64,000 nt of DNA from an uncultured Candidatus Rokubacteria bacterium (GTDB lineage Bacteria > Methylomirabilota > Methylomirabilia > Rokubacteriales > CSP1-6): assembly GCA_963758635.1 (NCBI GenBank), contig CAVWWD010000005.1, positions 480,001 through 544,000 of the forward strand. The letters run 5' to 3'. A model generated the notes under the pieces. It made no database searches. It was not told the origin of the DNA and worked only from the letters and a program-made list of their open reading frames with translations. Position 1 is the stretch's first letter. Every line of letters starts with the position of its first letter. Both the position numbers and the translations under genes were made by a program. Below, in pieces: positions 58,765-64,000 of the stretch.

Positions 58765-60179
58765 GGGTTCCTCGCCCCCCGCGACCGCTCTGGCCGTCGG
58801 CGAGCACGGGCTCGGGCACCAGCGCGAAGAGCGCGGTCAGCTCGTCCATGATCGCCCGGCGTCGCTCGGCCATGACGCCCCGGAGGTCGCGGCCGGTCAC
58901 GAGCCGCGCGACCCGGCGCGTCTCGCGCGCCATCCGTCCCACCCGGTCGGTCCAGCCGAGCGCGAAGAACCCGCTGGGGCCCAGCAAGGCGACGAAGAGG
59001 CCCACCGCCCACGCGCCGGCGAGGCGGCCCAGGATCCAGCCCTCCGACGACCCAGCACACGAGATAGACGACGAGGCCGCCCGCGATCTTGTACGTGGCC
59101 TCCACGTCGGGCTCGGGCCGCACGAGGCGGATGGCCCACCGGACGATGGTGTAGGGCGCCGCGTGGACGACGAGCCCCCACGCGGCCAGGGGCAGGCCCA
59201 GCACGATGGCCAGGCTCTCGCGCAGGACGTAGCGCGTGGCGGCGCCCACGCGCACGGGGTGGGTCGCGGACCGCCCTCGGCCCAGCCCGGCCAGCTCGAG
59301 CGCCTTGGCGTAGCGCTCGACCTCGCCGCGCAGGCGCGCGATGCGATCGGGCTCGCGCTCGGCGAGGTACCGGTGCGCGCGGGCGACGCGCCGGCGCCAC
59401 GCCGCGATGTCCGCCGGCCGGTCCACCCCGCCTGCCTCGGCGCGCCACACCGACTCCACCACCTGGACCAGGCGAAGCGTCTCGCGGTCGCCGGCCTCCA
59501 CGATGAGGCGCGCGAGCGCGTCGCTCAGGCGGTCGGTGAGGCGGCGGACCGCCTCGACGGGCTCCTGCCGGAACAGGGCGACGCAGTCGGCGGTCACGAC
59601 GGGAGCGCCGACCGTCACCACCGCCCAGCCGGTTCGGAACGTGCCCGGCTCGTCGAAGACCAGCCCCACCGGCACCACGGTCACGCCGAGCGCCTCGGGG
59701 CCGGCGCTCTCCGCGGCGAGGACGATGCGGGCCGCCCCCGTCTTGAGCGGCATCAGGGCAGGCTCGGGCTGGCTGACCCCCTCCGGGAAGATGAGGATGG
59801 CGCCGCCGGCGGAGAGCGTCGCGGTGGCGGCGTCGAACATCCGCGCGTTCGCGTCCGGGTCGAACCGCTCCGTGGTGTCCTGGCGCCGGTGCACGGGAAT
59901 CGCGCCGAGCGCCTTGAGGAAGGGGCCGATCAGCGGGTTCCGGAAGAGCGGCGCCTTGGCGAGGGACACGAGGGGCCGCGGGATCGTGGCGAGGAGCAGC
60001 ATGCCGTCCACGAGCGCGTTCTGGTGGTTGGCCACCACGATGAGGGGTCCCGTGCGGGGCAGGCGCCGGAGCCCGGTGACCTCGACCCGGTGGTAGAAGA
60101 GCGCGACGAGGGTCCGTGAGATCCAGCGGACGGCGCGGTACGCGACCGAGCCCGTCACGCCGTCACGCTGACCGTTCAC
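58761..60179 (-). CDS. PlsC-type glycerolipid acyltransferase with C-terminal TM region (frameshift near 59040)
   Basis: NHQNALVD, IFPEG and LKTGAAR motifs. Confidence 0.85.
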   Translation of the reverse strand: MNGQRDGVTGSVAYRAVRWISRTLVALFYHRVEVTGLRRLPRTGPLIVVANHQNALVDGMLLLATIPRPLVSLAKAPLFRNPLIGPFLKALGAIPVHRRQDTTERFDPDANARMFDAATATLSAGGAILIFPEGVSQPEPALMPLKTGAARIVLAAESAGPEALGVTVVPVGLVFDEPGTFRTGWAVVTVGAPVVTADCVALFRQEPVEAVRRLTDRLSDALARLIVEAGDRETLRLVQVVESVWRAEAGGVDRPADIAAWRRRVARAHRYLAEREPDRIARLRGEVERYAKALELAGLGRGRSATHPVRVGAATRYVLRESLAIVLGLPLAAWGLVVHAAPYTIVRWAIRLVRPEPDVEATYKIAGGLVVYLVCWVVGGLDPGPPRRRVGGGPLRRLAGPQRVLRARLDRPGGTDGARDAPGRAARDRPRPPGRHGRATPGDHGRADRALRAGARARARRRPERSRGARNP

Positions 60180-60243
60180 GCGCGACGAGTCCGTGGCCTG
60201 GCTGCTTCGCCTGCCCCGACTCGCACGGCGCGGCGGGCGAGGA

Positions 60244-61509
60244 TCACGGCGCCCCGGCGCCGGGAGCGTGGCCGCCCGTCACGACCGCCGGCGCGGCGGG
60301 CTGGGTCCGCCGCGGGTACGCGCCGTGCCCGCGCGGGAAGTCGAACGTCTCCTCGCGGGCCGCCTGGACGCCCGCGGCCACGAGCGCGGCCACGTCGAGG
60401 CGGGCCTCCATGGCGAGGGCCTCGTCCCGACCCACCCGCGTGCCGGGATGCTTCGGCACGAACAGCGAGCAGCAGTCGGCGTCCGGCTCGTTGGAGATCT
60501 CGAGCGTGCCGATGGCGCGCGCCTCGGCGGTGATCTCGAGCTTGTCCATGCCGATGAGCGGCCGGAGGATCGGCAGCCCCGCCGCCGCGTCGATACACGC
60601 GACGTTTTCGAGCGTCTGCGACGCGACCTGGCCCAGGCTCTCCCCGGTGACGAGGGCCGCCCCGCCCACGCGCGCGGCGATCGCCTCGGCGATGCGCACC
60701 ATGAGGCGGCGGTAGACGACCACGCGCGCGGGCGCGGGCACCGAGAGCACCACCTCGCGCTGGATCTCGCCGAACGGCACCAGGAAGAGACGCGAGGCGT
60801 ACTGCCACCCGGTGAGCCGCTCGGCGAGGTCCCGGGCCTTGCCGATGGACAGGTCGGGCAGGTACGGCACGCTGTGGAAGTGGACGAAGACGACGCGGCA
60901 GCCGCGCTTCATCATGCGCCAGGCCGCCACCGGCGAGTCGATGCCGCCGGACAGCAGCGCGACCACCGTGCCGCTCGCGCCGACGGGGAGCCCGCCCGGC
61001 CCGGGGCGCCGGTCGGCGTACACGAAGGCCTGGTCGGGCAGCACCTCGACGCGGACGTTGAGGTCCGGCTTCTCCAGATCGACGCGCACGCCGGTCTTGC
61101 CCTGCACGTGGGCGCCGAGCTGTCGGTTCAGCTCGATCGACGACAGCGGCAACGTCTTGAACTGCCGGCGCGCGGTGATCCGGAACGACGCGAACGAGCG
61201 CCCCTCGATCGCCTCGTCCATCGCGCGCCGGAGCGCGTCGAGCGTGGGCGCGGTGCGCCGGGCGAGCGCGAGGTTGGCCACGCCGAAGACGCGGTCGACG
61301 CGGTCCCGCACCGCCTCGGGCGCGGGATGCCCCTCGAGGTCCAGCACGATGCGCCCGGGGAGCTGGATCACGGGCGCGGGACCGAGGTCGGCGATGGCCC
61401 GGGCGAGGTTCTCCTGCAGCCGACGCAGGAACAGGGGGCGGTTGCCGCGCTTGAGGCTGATCTCGTGGTAGTGGACGATCAGCACGCGGCCGCGGTTCGA
61501 CACCGTCAC
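60244..61509 (-). CDS. thiI: tRNA 4-thiouridine synthase (no rhodanese domain)
   Basis: YHEISLKRGNR, THUMP, LSGGIDS, TGESLGQVASQT and DCC motifs. Confidence 0.95.
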   Translation of the reverse strand: MTVSNRGRVLIVHYHEISLKRGNRPLFLRRLQENLARAIADLGPAPVIQLPGRIVLDLEGHPAPEAVRDRVDRVFGVANLALARRTAPTLDALRRAMDEAIEGRSFASFRITARRQFKTLPLSSIELNRQLGAHVQGKTGVRVDLEKPDLNVRVEVLPDQAFVYADRRPGPGGLPVGASGTVVALLSGGIDSPVAAWRMMKRGCRVVFVHFHSVPYLPDLSIGKARDLAERLTGWQYASRLFLVPFGEIQREVVLSVPAPARVVVYRRLMVRIAEAIAARVGGAALVTGESLGQVASQTLENVACIDAAAGLPILRPLIGMDKLEITAEARAIGTLEISNEPDADCCSLFVPKHPGTRVGRDEALAMEARLDVAALVAAGVQAAREETFDFPRGHGAYPRRTQPAAPAVVTGGHAPGAGAP

Positions 61510-61643
61510 GGCTCGCGTCCGGGCGGCCGGGGATGCTTGGGCCGGCGGCGGTACACCGTCTGCGGCACCTCGACCTTGGGGGGCTTGCCCGGCATGGGCT
61601 TGCGCACGCGCGCGTGCGCCGGCTTCCTCGAGGGCTTCGGCAC
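61506..61643 (-). CDS. 45-aa basic protein, ArfA-like candidate
   Basis: MPKPSRKPAHARVRKPMPGKPPKVEVPQTVYRRRPKHPRPPGREP*; TATACT 6 nt upstream; stop overlaps the thiI GTG. Confidence 0.55.
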   Translation of the reverse strand: MPKPSRKPAHARVRKPMPGKPPKVEVPQTVYRRRPKHPRPPGREP

Positions 61644-61692
61644 GCGCGTAGTATACCGTCCGGCCGCGGCGGCGCGGGGGCGGCCGTCCCGG

Positions 61693-62085
61693 TCAGTGGG
61701 TCGCGTTCGGATCCGGCGCGCGGCGGTGGGCGTCCACGATCTGCATGCGCCATCCGTCGGGGTCGCGGAAGTTCAGGTTGGTCCGGCCGGTCGACGGCAC
61801 CAGGTGCGGGCCGCTCGGGATCGACACGCCCCGGGCGGCCAGGTCGCGATGCGCGGCGGCCACGTCGGGCACCTGGAACGCGATGTGGTTGACCCCGATG
61901 TTCTCCTCCCCGCTCACGCGGTGGAGCTCGAAGATCGGCTGGTTGTCGCCGGGGAGCTGGAACTCGACGGAATCGCCGTGGTGCTTGGTGCGGGTGAGCT
62001 CGCGGAAGCCGAGGGCCCGGAACAGCGCCACGTACTCGTCGAAGTGCTGCACCACGATCTCGATGTGATCGATCCTGGTCACCAC
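61693..62085 (-). CDS. VOC/glyoxalase family protein
   Basis: IDHIEI, NHIAFQV and FRDPDG motifs. Confidence 0.9.
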   Translation of the reverse strand: MVTRIDHIEIVVQHFDEYVALFRALGFRELTRTKHHGDSVEFQLPGDNQPIFELHRVSGEENIGVNHIAFQVPDVAAAHRDLAARGVSIPSGPHLVPSTGRTNLNFRDPDGWRMQIVDAHRRAPDPNATH

Positions 62086-62110
62086 GGATGGGCTCCTCTC
62101 GAGGGCACCA

Positions 62111-62920
62111 TCAGTAGACGGAGCCCGGAAACGTGTTCACGGACAGGCGCCGGCCCGCCGCCTTGTACATCTTCACGCCGCCCCACGCCCCCTCGGCCAC
62201 GCCGTCGTGGAGGGCCCAGCTCCGTCCCCGCACCGTCTGCGCGGCGCTGGGCGCGCGGAACGCGGAGGCGTCGTCGAGCCGGTCGAGCAGCGCGCCGCCC
62301 GGCGAGAAGCCCGCCTGGATCTCATCCATGATCTCGCGTCCCATCAGGTACCCGCAGCCCTGACGCTCGTACAGGATGGCGGAGTGGTAGAAGAGCGGCT
62401 CGATCAGGTAGATCTCCCTGCCGATCAGCCGGCAGAACCGCTCCATGCTCTCGAGCACGCCGCCCAGCATCCGGAGTCCGCGGCGGATCTGGCCCGGCGC
62501 CAGCCCGTCCTTCATGGCGCGGAGCTCCTCGGGCACGTTGCGGGAGATCGTGCCGTACAGCGTGTCGAGGCCGTCCAGGTCGCGGTCGATGGCGTAGCGG
62601 GGACCGGCGGGGTCGGTGATCTGGACGAAGGCCAGCTCCGGCACGGCGAGCGGCGACATCTCCACGTCGATCAGGAGCAGCGGATCGCGGTCGTCGCGCG
62701 AGGCGCGCACCTCGACACGGCCCCACGACTTGTCCGCGGGCGACGTGATGCGCACCAGGCGCTCGCCCGCGGGGCCGGCGAGGGTCACGGGGTCGATGCC
62801 GAGCCGGTCGAGGAGCCCGCGGGGCACGAGCTGCAGATAGCAGGCCTGGACCAGCTCGGGAGCCAGCCCGTTGATGTCCTGGATGGACGCGAGGCCGAGG
62901 TCTTCCGGACGCCGCTCCAC
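62111..62920 (-). CDS. Hypothetical protein
   Basis: Protein-like composition (GLAPGQIRRGLR, EPLFYHSAILYE, RGRSWALHDG); colinear in the operon. Confidence 0.75.
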   Translation of the reverse strand: MERRPEDLGLASIQDINGLAPELVQACYLQLVPRGLLDRLGIDPVTLAGPAGERLVRITSPADKSWGRVEVRASRDDRDPLLLIDVEMSPLAVPELAFVQITDPAGPRYAIDRDLDGLDTLYGTISRNVPEELRAMKDGLAPGQIRRGLRMLGGVLESMERFCRLIGREIYLIEPLFYHSAILYERQGCGYLMGREIMDEIQAGFSPGGALLDRLDDASAFRAPSAAQTVRGRSWALHDGVAEGAWGGVKMYKAAGRRLSVNTFPGSVY

Positions 62921-62934
62921 GAATGAGCCCCGCT

Positions 62935-63534
62935 CTAGCCGCCCGTCTCGGCGAGGAGCGCGCGCGCGCGCACCAGCTCCTCCGGCGTGTTGACGTTCAT
63001 GAACACCACGTCGGGGCGGGCGAGCCGCGCCACCTCCGCGACGGGCACCGCGAGCACCCGCACGTCGTCGAAGAAGCCCGTGATCTTGAGCCGCCGCGCG
63101 CGCAGCCGGCGCTCGATGGGGTCGAGACACGACCGCGCGTAGCACGCGTGGAGCGTCTCCCACTGGCCGTCCACCAGCGGCGCCACCACGTCGGCCTCGC
63201 CGGCGCGTGAGGAGCACAGTCGCATCACGTCGGGGGAGAGGAACGGCATGTCGCACGCCACGGTGAGCACGGCGTCGCCGGCCGCGGCCTTGATCCCGGT
63301 GTAGATGCCCCCCAGGGAGCCGCAGTCCGGGAACACGTCGGGGACCATCGGCAAGCCGAGGAAGGCGTAGAGGTCCGGGGTGTTGGTCACGATCAGGATG
63401 TCGTCGGTGACCTGGTCCAGGGCCCGACGCACGCGCTCGATGATCCGCTCCCCGCCGAGCTCGAGCAGCGCCTTGGGCTCGCCGCCCATTCGCGTGCTCC
63501 GGCCGCCGGCCTGGATGACACCGGTGAGCTTCAT
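62935..63534 (-). CDS. mobA: Molybdenum cofactor guanylyltransferase
   Basis: AGGRSTRMG...KA, ACDMPF and FMNVNTPEE motifs. Confidence 0.93.
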   Translation of the reverse strand: MKLTGVIQAGGRSTRMGGEPKALLELGGERIIERVRRALDQVTDDILIVTNTPDLYAFLGLPMVPDVFPDCGSLGGIYTGIKAAAGDAVLTVACDMPFLSPDVMRLCSSRAGEADVVAPLVDGQWETLHACYARSCLDPIERRLRARRLKITGFFDDVRVLAVPVAEVARLARPDVVFMNVNTPEELVRARALLAETGG

Positions 63535-63603
63535 GATCGGGCCGGAATGGCGCGGGTGGGCTTCATGACAGGGCCTGGATAGGGCGAGTGGGCTTCATGA
63601 CAG
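63524..63603 (-). repeat. Three ~32-bp-period copies of the stop/start junction TCATGAAGC(C/T)CAC
   Basis: GTG(A/G)GCTTCATGA at 63524, 63556 and 63588 on the + strand. Confidence 0.8.
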
Positions 63604-64000
63604 ACGCACCGGGCCCTGGCGGAGGATCCGCGGCGGCCACACCGTGCAGTCCGCGACGGTGGAGCCCGTGCCCCCGCTGGTCGGGCCTCCGTCCAGCACG
63701 AGGTCGATCCGCCCGTCGAAATAGCCGCGGACCGCCGCCGCCGTCTCGGCCGGCGCCTCGCCGCTCGGGTTCGCGCTGGGCGCGGTCACGGCCAGGCCCG
63801 CGGCGCGGACCAGGCCCAGCGCGACCGGATGCCCGGGCACGCGCACGCCGATGGTGCCGGTTCCGGCGGTGACCGCGGTGGGCACGCCGGCGGCGGCGGG
63901 GAGCACGAGGGTCAGCGGGCCCGGCCAGTGACGGCGCATCAGCTCGCGGGCGCCCTCGCCGATCTCGCCGCAGAGCGGGACCGCGTCCTCCGGCGAGCCC
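63595..64000 (-). CDS. tsaC: L-threonylcarbamoyladenylate synthase (5' truncated by window edge)
   Basis: WPGPLT, GVRVP, SANPSG and STV...LRQG motifs. Confidence 0.93.
   Translation of the reverse strand, partial: GSPEDAVPLCGEIGEGARELMRRHWPGPLTLVLPAAAGVPTAVTAGTGTIGVRVPGHPVALGLVRAAGLAVTAPSANPSGEAPAETAAAVRGYFDGRIDLVLDGGPTSGGTGSTVADCTVWPPRILRQGPVRLS

Noticed and set aside
3800..59050. Frameshifts in oppC, the HExxH protein, SH3 lipoprotein, MFS, acyltransferase and others as programmed frameshifting or true pseudogenes
   Set aside because: They are scattered 1-nt indels, several in G/C runs and in unrelated genes, which is more consistent with long-read consensus error
1..64000. tRNA, rRNA, prophage, transposase or defence genes
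   Set aside because: No recognisable motifs by eye; a covariance or HMM search could still find small RNAs I missed

Overview
High-GC (by eye ~70%+) bacterial chromosomal segment with about 65 genes; gene content and style suggest a Rokubacteria-like (Methylomirabilota) soil bacterium, which is an inference only. It is mostly housekeeping and metabolic: oppBCA, ychF, queF, aroC, tsaB/rimI, nrdR-glyA-rpiB, thiI, mobA, tsaC, a MacB-type ABC exporter, a two-component system and a cytochrome c/c'/YceI block. It also holds a compact fatty-acid/PHA cluster (tetR, crotonase, SDR, SCP2, phaC, phaE-like, maoC, phaR, acyl-CoA ligase) and an ASKHA/RACE plus UroD-family methyltransferase module. Many genes carry 1-nt indels, probably long-read errors. 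I found no rRNA, tRNA, cas, transposase or phage genes. The unexplained structure is intergenic or sub-ORF scale: (1) three tandem arrays with different unit lengths (45/57/42 bp) that share an ATGGAAATGC-NN-TGGA core; (2) an 87-88 bp self-complementary element in 4 copies, each just upstream of a start codon; (3) a ~78 bp element in 4 copies, each at a stop codon, one translated as a protein tail; (4) a 12-aa MAKKKAAKKKKK micro-ORF with its own promoter and SD; (5) a 45-aa ArfA-like ORF coupled to thiI; (6) frequent leaderless-type promoters and start/stop-overlap bridge mini-ORFs.
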